Virus record (IMG/VR): IMGVR_UViG_3300005613_000006
Coordinates: 32,001-96,000 of that record
Direction: 5' to 3' (one strand)
Length of the DNA stretch: 64,000 nucleotides
From: a virus
Both the position numbers and the translations under genes were made by a program. This document shows, piece after piece, positions 8,706 through 21,500 of this stretch (its first letter is position 1; each line of letters begins with the position of its first letter). Below the pieces are notes generated by a model. That model worked only from the letters and a program-made list of their open reading frames with translations. It was not told the origin of the DNA and did not search any database.

Positions 8706-9824
8706 GTGGCTAATAACCGAATTTTCTACGCCTGCCAAAAAGCCGGAATCGCTCCTGCCGCGTCGTATGCGTTTCAGACTATCCGAGGTCTCCAAACCTT
8801 GGGTATCACAACGACATTCAACCTAGAGCAAGTGTTCGAGATTGGTCAACTGGCAATCTATGAAAATATCGAGGGTATTCCCGACGTGGAAGTTACCACC
8901 GAGAAAGTCATGGATGGGTACTCTCCTGTATACTGTCAAGCAACGCAGGGTTCTCCTGACTCTACGTTGGTTGGTCGCTCAAATTCTATCTGCAACCTTG
9001 GTGTTGCTATCTACGCTGACACAGCACAGTCTGCCTATGGCGCTCCTCTACAGGAAGTCCACATGTCGGGTATGTATGTGTCGAGCATTGGATACAACGT
9101 CACAGTTGATGGAAACGCTACTGAAAGTGTAACCCTCGTTGGTAACAACAAAGTGTGGGTTGGTGTCGCAGGCGAAAGCAACGGCACATTCACTGAAGTG
9201 GTTAATCCTGCTGGTGGTAGCATTCAGAATAACAATGACCAGCCAATGGCAATCAGCGGCTCTGGCGGTGTAAACCGTCGAGAGGACGTATTGTTTGGTT
9301 CAGACCTAGTTCGCCATACCATCTTGCCGCCTGAAATTCCAGGCATCATTGACAAGGGGTTGGGAAGTGGTACGAACGAGTTGGACGGCGACGGTCACTA
9401 CGGTGCCCACGTTCAATCCATAAACATTACCGCTGACCTTGGCCGTGAAGAGTTGTTTGAACTTGGTCGAAAGGGTACGTATCACCGATTCGTAACCTTC
9501 CCAGTTGAAGTTACAAGCGAAATCACCCTGATTGGTATTTCTGGTGACATGATTAGTGCCACTGAAGAAGGAATTTACCAAGTATCTGGTAGTGGTGCCG
9601 TTTGTGGTCGATACAACTTGGAAGACCAAGTAGTTATTCTGCGCTTGTGCGAAGGTCTACAGGTAGACTGCGGCAATAAGAACAAGCTGTCAACGGTCGG
9701 CGTGACAGGTGGAGATGCTGGTGGTGGAAACGTAGAAATTACGTACACCTACACGACATTCAACGACATGGATGTTCAGCACCCTCAAGACCCAGACGCA
9801 ACTACACGTCGAGTCATGCCGTAA
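8706..9824 (+). CDS. Major tail (tube) protein
   Basis: 372 aa, G/T/V-rich beta protein with its own promoter, strong RBS and terminator; precedes chaperones and tape measure; two related motifs (EQVFEIGQ / EELFELGR). Confidence 0.7.
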   Translation: MANNRIFYACQKAGIAPAASYAFQTIRGLQTLGITTTFNLEQVFEIGQLAIYENIEGIPDVEVTTEKVMDGYSPVYCQATQGSPDSTLVGRSNSICNLGVAIYADTAQSAYGAPLQEVHMSGMYVSSIGYNVTVDGNATESVTLVGNNKVWVGVAGESNGTFTEVVNPAGGSIQNNNDQPMAISGSGGVNRREDVLFGSDLVRHTILPPEIPGIIDKGLGSGTNELDGDGHYGAHVQSINITADLGREELFELGRKGTYHRFVTFPVEVTSEITLIGISGDMISATEEGIYQVSGSGAVCGRYNLEDQVVILRLCEGLQVDCGNKNKLSTVGVTGGDAGGGNVEITYTYTTFNDMDVQHPQDPDATTRRVMP

Positions 9825-9835
9825 ATGCGGAAATA

Positions 9836-9872
9836 GGACGTAGGGGTTTCGCGGCCCCTGCGTCCATTTTTT
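9836..9872 (+). terminator. Rho-independent terminator after the tail tube gene
   Basis: GGACGTAGGGG / CCCCTGCGTCC stem plus T6. Confidence 0.85.
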
Positions 9873-9905
9873 CACTGGTATTAGGAATTGAACAAGGAAC
9901 TAACG

Positions 9906-10229
9906 ATGAATGAACAGGAACAATCCCTACCCCCTGGACTCAAAGTCCCTCTTGATACGGTCGATGCTGACCAACTGCCTCGTAGTGAACCTCTCAACTA
10001 CGAACTCGTATGCTATCTCGTAGGAGATATGTATATCGAGAACGTCCTGGCCCGTCGTGCCCAGCGTGAACAATTTGAGGCAGTAACTACCCAACTAAGA
10101 GAACTGGCTGATGGTCTAAAGGTAGAGAACGATATGTTAAAGAAAGAGTTGGCCAAGCATGAAGGAATACGAGAAAGAACTCCACCTAGCCAGGATTCTG
10201 TCGGGCCGCGTGAAGGCCACGGTGGGTAA
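9906..10229 (+). CDS. Hypothetical coiled-coil protein
   Basis: ATG 9906 after AAGGA; overlaps the next gene by ~70 nt. Confidence 0.5.
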   Translation: MNEQEQSLPPGLKVPLDTVDADQLPRSEPLNYELVCYLVGDMYIENVLARRAQREQFEAVTTQLRELADGLKVENDMLKKELAKHEGIRERTPPSQDSVGPREGHGG

Positions 10230-11205
10230 AGAGGTTTTCTACGTTGCTCAAGCTACTCCAATACAACGAGCCGAAGCGCATGAAATATACATGGAGATGA
10301 TGCAGAAGACGCGCTTCGATGATATGCTGACCGATGAAGCAATGTGTCAGCAGTTGATGGACAGCGACCTGTGGACAGAGAAGCAACAAAAGGCCCTCGA
10401 TGATGGACCCAAGGTTCTTGAACAACTCAAGGTACAACTGTATCAGGCTCACCGAAAATTTCAAAGTAAACATGTGCGGCTGATACGCAAGCAATTAGAT
10501 AAGACCCGAAAGGGACTTAACAAGCTGCACAACATGCGCCACACAAAGGACGTTATGACTTGTGAGGGCTTAGCCGAGATTGCCAAAGTGGAACACTTGG
10601 TATACAGTGGGGCCAAGAATGTTTCAGACAATCCACGCTTGTTAGATGACAGCGACACACTAAAGAAGGTAACAGCACAATTCCTGCAAGCGCGCGTGCC
10701 GGAAAGAATACTTCGTGAGATAGCGCGTACTGAACCCTGGCGCGGGTTATGGAGTGTGAGTAAAGCAGAGGGCAGTCTGCTAGGTATCCCTGCGGTAATG
10801 GTAACAGAGGACCAGAAAGCGTTAGTGGTTTGGTCACGTATTTATGACAGTGTGTACGAAAGTATGGATTGTCCCGGCGAGCCTATTATCAGAGATAATG
10901 ACTTGTTGGATGGCTGGTTAACGGTACAGCATCGCAAACGTGAGGCTGAACGTAAGAAGAGAGAGGGCGACGAACACGCCAGTAAGGTCAAGAACGCCCA
11001 AGAAGTCTTTATCCCCGTACAGAGCGCTGAAGATGCGCGACGGGTTGAGGCTTTGAATGACCAAAGAGCGAAGCTGTTGAAAGCACAGCGCTCAAAGGCG
11101 TTAGAAAAGAGGGGCACAATTCGCGAGCAAGATATGCCAGACTCACAACTCAAGTTGCGGGCACAGGCTATGGCAGAAGCGAGAGCAGCCGCTAAGAAAA
11201 AGTAA
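10159..11205 (+). CDS. Putative tail assembly chaperone
   Basis: Charged helical 348-aa protein between tube and tape measure. Confidence 0.45.
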   Translation: MKEYEKELHLARILSGRVKATVGKEVFYVAQATPIQRAEAHEIYMEMMQKTRFDDMLTDEAMCQQLMDSDLWTEKQQKALDDGPKVLEQLKVQLYQAHRKFQSKHVRLIRKQLDKTRKGLNKLHNMRHTKDVMTCEGLAEIAKVEHLVYSGAKNVSDNPRLLDDSDTLKKVTAQFLQARVPERILREIARTEPWRGLWSVSKAEGSLLGIPAVMVTEDQKALVVWSRIYDSVYESMDCPGEPIIRDNDLLDGWLTVQHRKREAERKKREGDEHASKVKNAQEVFIPVQSAEDARRVEALNDQRAKLLKAQRSKALEKRGTIREQDMPDSQLKLRAQAMAEARAAAKKK

Positions 11206-11215
11206 GGAGTGAATT

Positions 11216-11617
11216 ATGGAAGAAGGACAGAAGAGACCTTTATCGCACACTCAGCTTAAAGAGTTGAGCGCCAAGGCGAAAGAGGCGAACCGACAGAAAT
11301 ATCTGGAGCAGTCGCGCAAACGCCTTGACAAAATCATGTGTACAAAGATTCGTACATCATTCATCGGGTCTTTGGATGCATTTGAACAGGTGTTTGGTTT
11401 TCTTTGGGGTCATGGCAAGAAAGAAGAAGACAAAACCGAAGAAGAGAAGCAAATGTTCCAGTTGTGGGCACAGGCCCGTACTGAGGTTCTGAACAATGGT
11501 AACAACCAGTTGAGAGGGGCCAGAAATGAAATCGCAAACCATACCGTAAGTTGGAATCGGTATCACTTGGATTTGCCCGTTAAACCTAGAGAAGAGGAGA
11601 ACGACGATGGCGAGTAA
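11216..11617 (+). CDS. Hypothetical protein (tail assembly region)
   Basis: RBS AAGGAG; 133-aa helical ORF. Confidence 0.55.
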   Translation: MEEGQKRPLSHTQLKELSAKAKEANRQKYLEQSRKRLDKIMCTKIRTSFIGSLDAFEQVFGFLWGHGKKEEDKTEEEKQMFQLWAQARTEVLNNGNNQLRGARNEIANHTVSWNRYHLDLPVKPREEENDDGE

Positions 11618-12461
11618 TAAGGATGTTTTTAAGGCTGTTATCGAAGGAAAGCAGCGAGAGTTGGCAATCAAGAGACCCGACCGAAAAATAGGCACACAGG
11701 CCCAGGTCGAGTACAACAAGGCGTTTAGTGCCGCCGTGAAGTCTGGAGCTTTGTTCCGCGAGAAGCTAGAACAAGAGGCTCGGGCACAAGGAGTTTGGAG
11801 CGACGACCAGGAAAAGAAGTATCAGGAGTTGATAAAGAAGGTCAACGAGACTGATATGCGCATCAAAAAGGGTGGTTTCCCGCTGAGTGAAGCGCGCGAC
11901 CTTGCTATTGATATGCGTAAGCTGCGGGGCGACATGAGAGAAATGCTCTCTGGTCGAACACAGCTTGATGTCAACAGTGCCGAGGGACAGGCAGAAAATG
12001 CCCGCTTCAACGCGCTTGTAGCCCTATGTTTGGTGTATAATGATACAGGCAAGCCTGTCTTTGCAACGCTAGACGACTACTTATCACACAGCACCGAAGA
12101 TTATGCCTTTGAGGCTGCATCGCGACTTGGTGCTATGATGTACGGTCTTGATAGTGACTATGAAGCCAATCTGCCAGAGAATAAGTTCCTGGCTGAATGG
12201 AACTTTGTTGATGATAAGTTGCGACTTATCGACAAAAATGGTCACTTGGTCGCCGTTAGCGGCAAACTGATTGATGAAGAGGGACGCTACATTGACGAGC
12301 AAGGCAACTTTGTTGATGTTGATGGAAACCCAATGGATGAAGAGGGTGAATATCAAATAGAACAACAGCCATTCCTCGATGATGATGGCAACCCGATTGT
12401 CAAGGACAAGCCTGCCGAAGAAGAGAAACCAGAGGATGAGGGGCAACCCGAGTCCAAATAA
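11607..12461 (+). CDS. Putative tail assembly chaperone with C-terminal D-x-x-G repeats
   Basis: Directly upstream of the tape measure; N-half resembles the 10159 protein (W(S/T)xxQ.K then a coiled coil). Confidence 0.5.
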   Translation: MASNKDVFKAVIEGKQRELAIKRPDRKIGTQAQVEYNKAFSAAVKSGALFREKLEQEARAQGVWSDDQEKKYQELIKKVNETDMRIKKGGFPLSEARDLAIDMRKLRGDMREMLSGRTQLDVNSAEGQAENARFNALVALCLVYNDTGKPVFATLDDYLSHSTEDYAFEAASRLGAMMYGLDSDYEANLPENKFLAEWNFVDDKLRLIDKNGHLVAVSGKLIDEEGRYIDEQGNFVDVDGNPMDEEGEYQIEQQPFLDDDGNPIVKDKPAEEEKPEDEGQPESK

Positions 12462-12469
12462 TAGCGGAT

Positions 12470-12548
12470 AGAGGCTACACTGTCGGTTAGTGCAACGTGC
12501 GAACGGTTTGACCGTTCCGTTACCTTACTGATAGTCTAGCCTCTTTTT
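12470..12548 (+). terminator. Long interrupted hairpin plus T-tract ahead of the tape measure gene
   Basis: AGAGGCTA/TAGCCTCT outer stem, GAACGGT/ACCGTTC inner stem, then TTTT. Confidence 0.55.
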
Positions 12549-12565
12549 CTATAGGCAGGCAGAGA

Positions 12566-15500
12566 ATGGCACAGCAATTCAACATAGTGGCCCAGCTTTC
12601 GTTGCGCGGCCCCACCAATCTAGCACAAGTCCAACGTCGAATCCAAGCCGGTCTTCGCAACATTCGAGCCGATGTTCAGGTTAACATTGGTCGCGGTGCG
12701 CAAAGAGGTCTGCAACGTACCAATCGACAACTGCGCGATGTAGCCAACACACTGGCCTTGGTAACAGGTAATGCCCAGGCGGCTGCCGCAGCATTGACAA
12801 ACGTGGGGGCCGCGTATGGAGCCGCTGCTGGTGGAGGGGCCGCTGCTGCCCGTGGGGCATCACAGACCGCTGGTGCTATGAGCAACGTAGCCGGAGCTGC
12901 TGGCGCTGCAACATCTTCAATGCAAGAGTTCGGTCGCATCAGTGCTTTGGCTGTGCGTCGATTCCTCGCCTTCTCTATTCCCGCTGGTATCGTTGTCGGG
13001 CTCATCGTAAACATTCGACAAGGGGTCAAGGCCGCTATTGACTTTGAGCGCCAGTTGATTAAGGTTGCCCAGGTAACAGGCAAGACTACAGGCTCGCTGG
13101 CAGATTTGACTGGTGAAGTCACCCGTCTAGCCACAACCTTTGGTGTGGCCTCTGCTGACCTGTTGAATGTGTCTCGTATCTTGGCTCAAACAGGCTTGTC
13201 TGCCAAGGACACCGAGATTGCCCTGCAAGCCTTGGCCAAGTCCGACCTCGCTCCTACATTCGATAGCATCGAACAAACCGCTGAAGGTGCCATCGCTGCT
13301 ATGCGTCAGTTCGGCATCGAGGCCAAAGACTTAGAAGCCGCTCTTGGTTCTATCAACGCTGTTGCTGGTCAGTTCGCTGTAGAATCCGGCGACATCACAA
13401 GCGCTCTGCGTCGTACTGGTGGTGCGTTCCAGGCGGCTGGCGGTGAAATCAACGAGTTGATTGCCCTGTTCACATCTGTACGTGCTACCACTCGTGAATC
13501 TGCTGACAGTATCGCCACTGGTTTCCGTACTATCTTCACTCGTATCCAACGACCACGAACCATCGAGTTCTTGAGAGACTTGGGCATTGAGCTACAGGAC
13601 TTGCAAGGACGATTCGTCGGCCCGTTTGAAACGGTGCGCCGCTTGAACTTGGCCCTTCGCGAACTTGACCCGCGAGACGTTCGCTACTCACAAATCATTG
13701 AGCAGTTGGGTGGCTTCCGTCAGGTATCCAAGGTTATTCCATTGATTCAACAGTTCGACACAGCGCAACAGGCGTTGGCTGTAGCTATCGGTGGAACTAA
13801 CTCATTGACCGAAGACGCAGCCACAGCCCAACAGGCATTGGCAGTACAAGCAGCCAAGGTTGGCGAGCAGTTTCAGGCATTGTTCCGTCGTATCACGGGT
13901 AGCTCCACATTCCAAGTAATCGCTCGTTCAGCCTTGCAGTTGGCTAGCGGTTTCTCCAAAGTCCTAGAGACCCTTGAACCACTGTTGCCACTGTTGACTT
14001 CTCTTGTCGGTTTGAAGTTGGCTCAAGTTGGCACACAATTCGGTCTGGGATTTATCGGCGGTCTCCGCAACGTAGGGACGGCTGCTGCGGGAGTAGCGGC
14101 TGCTGGCCCAGGCACACAACAGGCAGCTACGCAACAACAGCGTCAGTCCACCGTGACTACCGCCAACACCACAGCTATCAGCAGCAACACAACCATTCTA
14201 ACAACTCTGAACACCACGCTCACTACGTTGACAACAGCCGTCAACAATCTTACCCAGCGCATCGGCGGCCTGGGGGGTGGTGGTGTGCGGCGTCCAGCCC
14301 GTGGCGGTCGTATTCACAAGTTCGCTCGCGGCGGTTTAGTTCCTGGCGTTGGCAATGGCGATACCGTCTCAGCACAACTAGAGCCGGGTGAGTTTGTTAT
14401 TCGGAAGAAGGCTGTTGAGAGTATTGGCGCTGACCAACTTGCTGGTATGAACCGCAAGGCTGCCGGTGGCCGTATTTCGATTGAGGGCAAGCCCGGCACC
14501 GATTATGCTGGCTTCTTCTTTAGACCTGTTGGTAAAAGAGACTTGAAAGAACGAGCTAGATACAATAGGACGTTTGCCAATGCTCCACGGGTGGCCGACA
14601 TAGCTAATCAAAAGATGCTTGAACTTGGATTCTCTGGGTTGAAAGCAGTTCAACCTGGGGGTGTAATTCCAGTGACCGGAGGTCCAGGTAAGCGCAAAGG
14701 CCCCATAGATTTCAAGGCTCTGGGTGTGACCAAAAAGGGAATGTTCCAACAACTAAAGGCTAGGGGTGCTATTTCACCAAAACAAGCTGAGAGTTCTTGG
14801 GTTCCTACGGCAGCAAACTTTGAAGGTAAAACTGTCAACAAGCAATTCTTTGCATCTGTTAAAGCGGAGGGTGGTGCTGTTGTACGTGGAACAGGCACAG
14901 GCACATCGCGTGTGACGACGGCTGACGTTGGAAGTGCTGAAAAAATTGGCAGACCAGTTGGCATGGGTATTAGCGTAGGGGTTAGAAGCAGATTCAAGAA
15001 AGTCAGTGACGCTTATCTTGTTCGTTTCCTACAGGGATTTACAACTGGAAGAAAGCCAGCCATGCCCAAACCTTTGGGAGGCGGCGCATTGAGCGTGGGT
15101 AAAGCAACGGAGATTATGAACAAGATTGGAGTGGAATCACTACAAGGTGGAATGTTTGAGGGTATGATTGATGCTGTGGCTGGAGGCGTGCAAGCTGGAA
15201 CCGGCAAGGGGGGCTTCTTTGACCATGTAGTGCCCAACATGAAAAACAAAAGAGCGGTCGATAGTTTGTTCAGCGATGACAAGACCATTGACCGTATCAA
15301 GTATGCCGACGCCAAGAGAACAAGAACAAACCAACAAATCTCTAGTCTGGTGAAAAAGGCTGTAAACACCTTTCCAACCGACCGTAATTCTTTCAATGTA
15401 TTGTATGATTTACCCAAAAGGATTACCGACAAGAACAAGGGCAAGCCCAAAAGAATTGAATTAGCTAAAGGTGGCCCAACCACAGACACCGTTCCAGCTA

Positions 15501-18500
15501 TGCTCACCCCAGGCGAGTTTGTTATCAACAAACGTAGCGCCGACGCTATCGGTTTGAACAAGTTGAACCAACTCAATCGCGCCGACCGCAGCGCTGCGGG
15601 TGGTCGTATACAAGGCTTTGCCGATGGTGGTTTGGTGCAGCGTTTCCAGACAGGCGGCCAGACACAAGCAGCCGCCCAACAAGGAGGAAGCGGCCAGGGC
15701 TTGGCTCTGTTGTTTGCCATCACAGCAATCACCAGCGTAGCATCTAGCCTGACAGAAATGGACAGCGAGTTGGGTAAGACCATCAACACGTTGACCCAGT
15801 TCGCCCTCACCATTGTTACCCTTTCTACAGTCATGTCTAGTATCACCGGACTTGCTGGACAGGGAGGCTTGGTTGGAGCTATACAGAGAAGGTCGGCAGC
15901 GGCAGCGGCGGCACAGCAAGCGACGGGCCAACAATATCAACGTGCTGCGTTGCCGCGTGACCCTGGATTGGGTACATATACAAGTCGAGTCAGAGGAAGA
16001 GGGAGACCTTTTGAGGCTGAACGAACTGCCCGAGTGGCACAGCCGGGAGAAATCCCAGGCCAAAGTCCGGCAGACCGTCAAGCCGCGAGACAGGCCGCAC
16101 AAGCCGCAGCCGCGAGAGCCCCGGTTAGGACTCCGCGAGAAGCTGGTCTTGCTCAGGCCCCAACCTTTGGGACTGCACCAAGAAGAACTGTAGACACGGG
16201 CATTGCTCTCGGTGAACAGGCCGCTCGTCAAGACCGCAGAAGATTAACGGCAGGGCCAGGTTTAAGAGCCTTGGGCAGAGGATTGCGTAGAGCCGGTGCT
16301 GGTCTAGGCAGGATGGCTACTAATGCCAATGCAATGGCGGGAGCTGCAAGCGCGGCTACCGCAGCCCTGCTTATCTTTGGTCAGATGATGCAAAAACAAG
16401 CTGTGGAAGCAGCAAAAACTGCCGGTATTCAAAATGATGTAAATGCACTTCGCAAAGCGGAAGTTAAAGCAACCAAGGGCTGGGTTTTGGCCAAGGCTGG
16501 TCTTGGGGCTGGTGCTGGTGCTGCTATTGGTACACTTATAGCTCCTGGTATTGGAACCGCTATAGGTGCAGCTTTGGGTGGAGTCACAGGTGGTTTAATC
16601 GGCGCTTTGACGGACAACACCAAAGAAGTGCGCGCCGCGTTTAGAGCAGGCAGGGTAGAACAAACTACAGAACTTTTGACCGATTCTCTTAAAAGAGTTT
16701 TGACAGACAGAGCTACGCCAGGAGGAGCAGCCACAGCAGGCATTGGACAGGCTATTGAAGCCCAGATGGACGCCATCACCGAAGCTACGCTAGATGGTCG
16801 TAGAGAAGAAGCCGATTCTATACGCAAGGGCCTCAAGGGGCAACTGTCGCAGTTTGAGGCTTTGAGACAGAAGTTGATTGAGTCTAGTGCAAGCGTAGAA
16901 GAACTGGGGCGTGCGGGAAGAGGCGCTGGCAATATCTTGCTGCGACAAATTGCCTTTCAAACCAATCGAAGTTTCGCAGAGCTGCAACGAGAAACAGCCG
17001 AACTTATTCGCCAACACCAAGAGGCCGCTGCCGCTGCGCAACAAGTGTCTATCAGTTTGGGTGTTTTGGCCGACACCGCCCAAGCCACACAAATCTTCGC
17101 TGGGGCTGTGTCCGACTTAGAACAACAGACCAAGCGAGCCGCTGATACTGCCGGTATTTTTGCTGGTTTAGGAGCGGGGCGTGCCTCTGTGCCCGACTTC
17201 AAAGGAATCTTGGGAGCGCGAGCGTTTGAGCGCGCTGCCACTGGCCAAATTACAGAACAACAAGACCCGCAGTTGCGTTTGGCCATACGACAACTGTTGG
17301 GAACAGGCGAAGCTGCACAACGACTAGAGGGAGAAGTTCTGGCTATTGCTCAACTTACCCGAGAGTTGCCAGCCGTTCTGCGGGATTTGGCTAATGCCCC
17401 TCAGTTGGGAACCGAACAAGATTTAACTCGTCAGTTTTCTGACGCCATTACTGAAAAATTCCCACAAGTTGGGGATGAGCTGCTGGTTGTTATGACAGAC
17501 AGCCTGCGTCAAATCCAAAGAGAAGGTGGCCCTCCTGCGTTGATTCGCCGTATTCGTGCTGACGCGCGAAAAGTAGGTAATGAGCTAATTGGTGGGCGCG
17601 CCAACTTCTTGAAAGACTTGGACAAGGTACAACAAAGTTTCAACAACGTCGTCAAAACCATTAGCCAACTACAGAGCCAAGTATTTGACAGCGAAAAGCG
17701 TATTACCGACGCCAGAATCCAAGGGTCGAAGATTGCGCTGGCCAACGAAATTGCCTTGCGCAAGGCTCGACAGATTGAAGACCCCCTTCCATTAGACAGG
17801 CGCGTGGGCGCTATCCGTGAACAACAAGCTCAGAGAGTGGCGTTTACCGGACTTACGGGAGACCAAGCGCAAGACCCGCAGGCTCTTAGCCGTGCTATCC
17901 AAGGGATTACCGCACAAATCTTAGAGGCCCGTCGCCGTCTGTTTGACGCTTCTATCCAATCGCCAGAAGGCATTCAACAAGCCCAAGTAGAATTGGGTCG
18001 ATTGGTCAATACATCGGCTGTGCTTCGACAAGCCTTGCAAAATTTGGCCACCAGCACTGAAGAGTTCGCGGCGGTTCAAGACGAATTGTCTCGTCTACAG
18101 TCTGAACGTCAAGCGAGACAGGACTTTGTGGTTGACTACTTTGGCAGCACTCGACAACAACAAGTTGAAATAACACGCACGTTGGCTCAAACCTTTGTGG
18201 CGGGCACACGTAATTCATTCGATACATTTACAGAGCAACAGCGCATTGCTATTATTCGCTTTGTTAAGACGTTACGACAAGGTGAAAGAATCGCTGCTTT
18301 GCAAGACAGAACGTCGCGAGAGTTCTTGCGTGACGTTATCGGGGGCACTACGTTTATGAGTGGCGCTCCCATCCCGCCGGAGTTGAGCGACTTGTTTGTT
18401 CAACAGTTTGACCCGTCCTCAGAAGAGGAGCAATTAGCCAATACTCTTGAGCGGCTAGCTGAACGCCAAGCTACAGCCAATGAAGAACTTCGCAAGATTT

Positions 18501-21500
18501 TGGGAGACAACAACAATACGTTGGTCAATAATCTCAACAGCGCCAACGCTCAACAAATAGCTGACATGGCTAGTGACCGCGACCAGCTTGTAAATGGGCT
18601 GAATCAATCGTTTGGTAATTTCTTGCAACAGTTTACTCAGAGACAAAACCAATTTACTGCTGCTAGATTTGAAGCCCGTATTACTGGCGTTGAAACAGCC
18701 AAAACAGCCGCCGAGAAAAATCTGAAAGCAGCAGAACTTGCACAGCAGTTTGCGCGCAATTTAGGCTCAGACTTTGCGGGCTTGACGGAATCAGTCAATC
18801 TTATGAGAGACGTTGCGAGAATTTTTGACGATGTGTCCAAAGCGAGGGAGCAAGAGCAAGTACAACCGCGTATCCGAGAAGCTATCGGCAAGATTGTGGG
18901 CGACATTGAAGTTGCTGTGAAGAAGGGCGTAACTGTTCAAGCTGAAGAGTTGGATGCTTTGTTTGCTGGTCAAGCCGAGGCCCTTGGCCCTGAGACCGAC
19001 AGAATGCCGCTCGGAGCCGCTGGTCGTTCTTTGCAATTTGAATTTTTGAGAGAACTGAGTGAGCCTTTCAAAAGACAGCTTAGAGACCGATTGTTGGCAT
19101 ACCAACAAGCTATTGAAGAACCTTTGACTTATTGGGAGTCTGTTAGAGCTGGCCTTGGCGGAGTTGGCCAGGGAGACATCGACATAAGCGATATTGACCG
19201 CCTGCGCCGTCAAGTTGGTCGAGGCACCAAAATTGGTGCAAGGTTTAGGCTTGCCCGTAGAAATGCTGGCGTGGGGGATGTTCGTGGGGCTTTTGCTGTG
19301 AACACTATTAAGGTGTTGGAAGAGAGGGCTCGTAAAAGTAGAGCATCTGTGCAAGAAGACTTGGCTGGTGTTATCGACACCGAAACCACAAAGTTGCAGG
19401 GCAACATATTTGATTGGCGGAAGGCCATCAAAGATTTGGGCATTTCTGTTGAACAGTACGACCAGTTGGTAAGAGGAGACCAAATTGAGTCGATTCAGAA
19501 AATTACTGAACAGCTTCGAGGCATAGATGTTTCCAAACTGCCAGATACAGTTAATTCATTACAGGGAGAACTGGATAAATTGGCCGCAGCCTTGGAGACC
19601 TTTAACGAGAAGGTTGCCGCTGAAAACAAAGAGGCACAACAACTAAACCAGCAGGCGGTGGCCCCGCCAGCCGGTGTTCCTGTTCCACGCCGCGCCCAAG
19701 GTGGCCCCATCTTCCGCAGACGCGGAACCGATACCGTTCCGGCCATGCTGACCCCCGGCGAGTTCATCGTGAACGCCGCTGCCACGCGCCGCAACCTTCC
19801 TACATTGCAAAGCATTAACCGTGGTGTAGATTACAAGGCTGCCGGTGGCTTGGTGCAATACCTACAAGACGGAGGCGCGGCTCAGGATGTGCAGCCGGTC
19901 ATGGCTGACCCCAACACTGGAAGAGAAGTGATTCAACTTCTACGGCAGATTGCTCAAAACACATCGCGGCCAGCTACAAGACTTGCTACAGGAGGCGCAG
20001 TATTCAAGCCGCGCGGCACAGATACGGTTCCTGCTATGCTTACTCCTGGTGAGTTTGTCGTCAACCGCAAAGCAACACAGCAAAACCGAGGGCTCTTGGA
20101 AGCCATCAACAAAGGAAGCAACGTAGTACATGCTGCGGGTGGGGGCGTTGTGTACGCACAAGCTGGCGGCGAGATACGTCTTAGCTCCAACATTCCAACA
20201 CGAGGCCCAATCTGGGAGGCGTATTTGGAATGGGTACAGAGAAAATACCCCGACCTGTTTGACGATGCTCAAACGCCAGAAGATATTAGCAGGGTTGCCC
20301 GTGCAAGAAATAGACCAGAGTTTTCTGAGGAGACTATTGCTGCTCAACGCAGGGGTCAAAAGCCACAGTTTACTGAGCAAGACGTAAACGAACTGCGTCG
20401 TGTTAGCCAACTAAGGGATGAGTTCCGCCAGTCAACAGCTTATCGTGTCGCGGTTGAAGAACAAAAGCTGGCAAACGACAAGCGCAGAGAAGACCGCCGC
20501 GCAGCCAGCGGCATCCTCCCAATGGAACAACGTCTCAAGATGCTTGGTCGTGTTCCGTATGCAGAGAGACAGCGCAGACGGTATGGAGTTCCCTTGGCAG
20601 ACCGTCAAAGGGCTCTTATTCGTAGAAGATGGGCCGAGGCCAACGCTCGTCGGCAAAGACTGGGCAAACGTCCATTGCCACCACCTCCTCAACTACGAGG
20701 CCAAACGGAAGAGGATAAGAAAAGAGAAGAGGCAGCACGAGCGCCACTACAAGTCAAAGACGTTGCGGGTTTCCAGATTCGAGCAATCAACGAGTCGCGC
20801 ATCCGAGAAATCGCACGTTATACTTCATTAACTGGCAGCAACGCTAGGGATGAAGACCAGAAGTTTATTGCCACGCTGACCGGCGATGAAAAGGCTTTTG
20901 GTAGCTATCTATGGAATAAGTCAAGAGACGCCAGGGCAAAAAGCGTAGAAACTGTTACTGACAAGTTGTCTCGCAATGAAATTTTGACGCCTCAAGATAA
21001 CAGCTTGTTGGATAATCTAACTCGGAGTGAACGAGTCGGTATCGAAGCCGACGCGCAGAGACGCAGGAAGAGAGCTAAAGCCGACGCCTTAGCTGCCAAA
21101 CCTCCTGGGCCGCTGTCAGACGAAGAGTTGAACTTCTTTAGAAGTTTGTCTCCGGCTCAAAAAGACTATGTGCTTCAAAAAAGAAGAGCTGAATATATTG
21201 GTATTGCCACTGGTGACGATGTGGATGCGAGGACTGTAGAAATTGACAGGCTGGCTCGTAAAGCGCTCAAATCACCGGACCTATTGACTGAGACAGAACG
21301 AGAGTTCATCAACAACCTAGATGAAGACAGCCGTAAACTTGGAAGCGCGTTGCTGCGGTTAGAACGTAAGCAACAGGTAGACAGGCAACTACGCATCGAC
21401 CAACTGGCTTTGAAACTTCGTTCAAAGATTGCTGCTGAAAGAGATGTGGCTGCTGGGAAAGACATCGGATTTGACCCGAGCGTACTTCCTGATTTAACAG

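Noticed and set aside
9906-12461. Programmed -1 frameshift of tail chaperones (lambda G/GT type)
   Set aside because: The overlapping ORF pairs are in +1 relation and I found no clear XXXYYYZ slippery site; each ORF has its own start.
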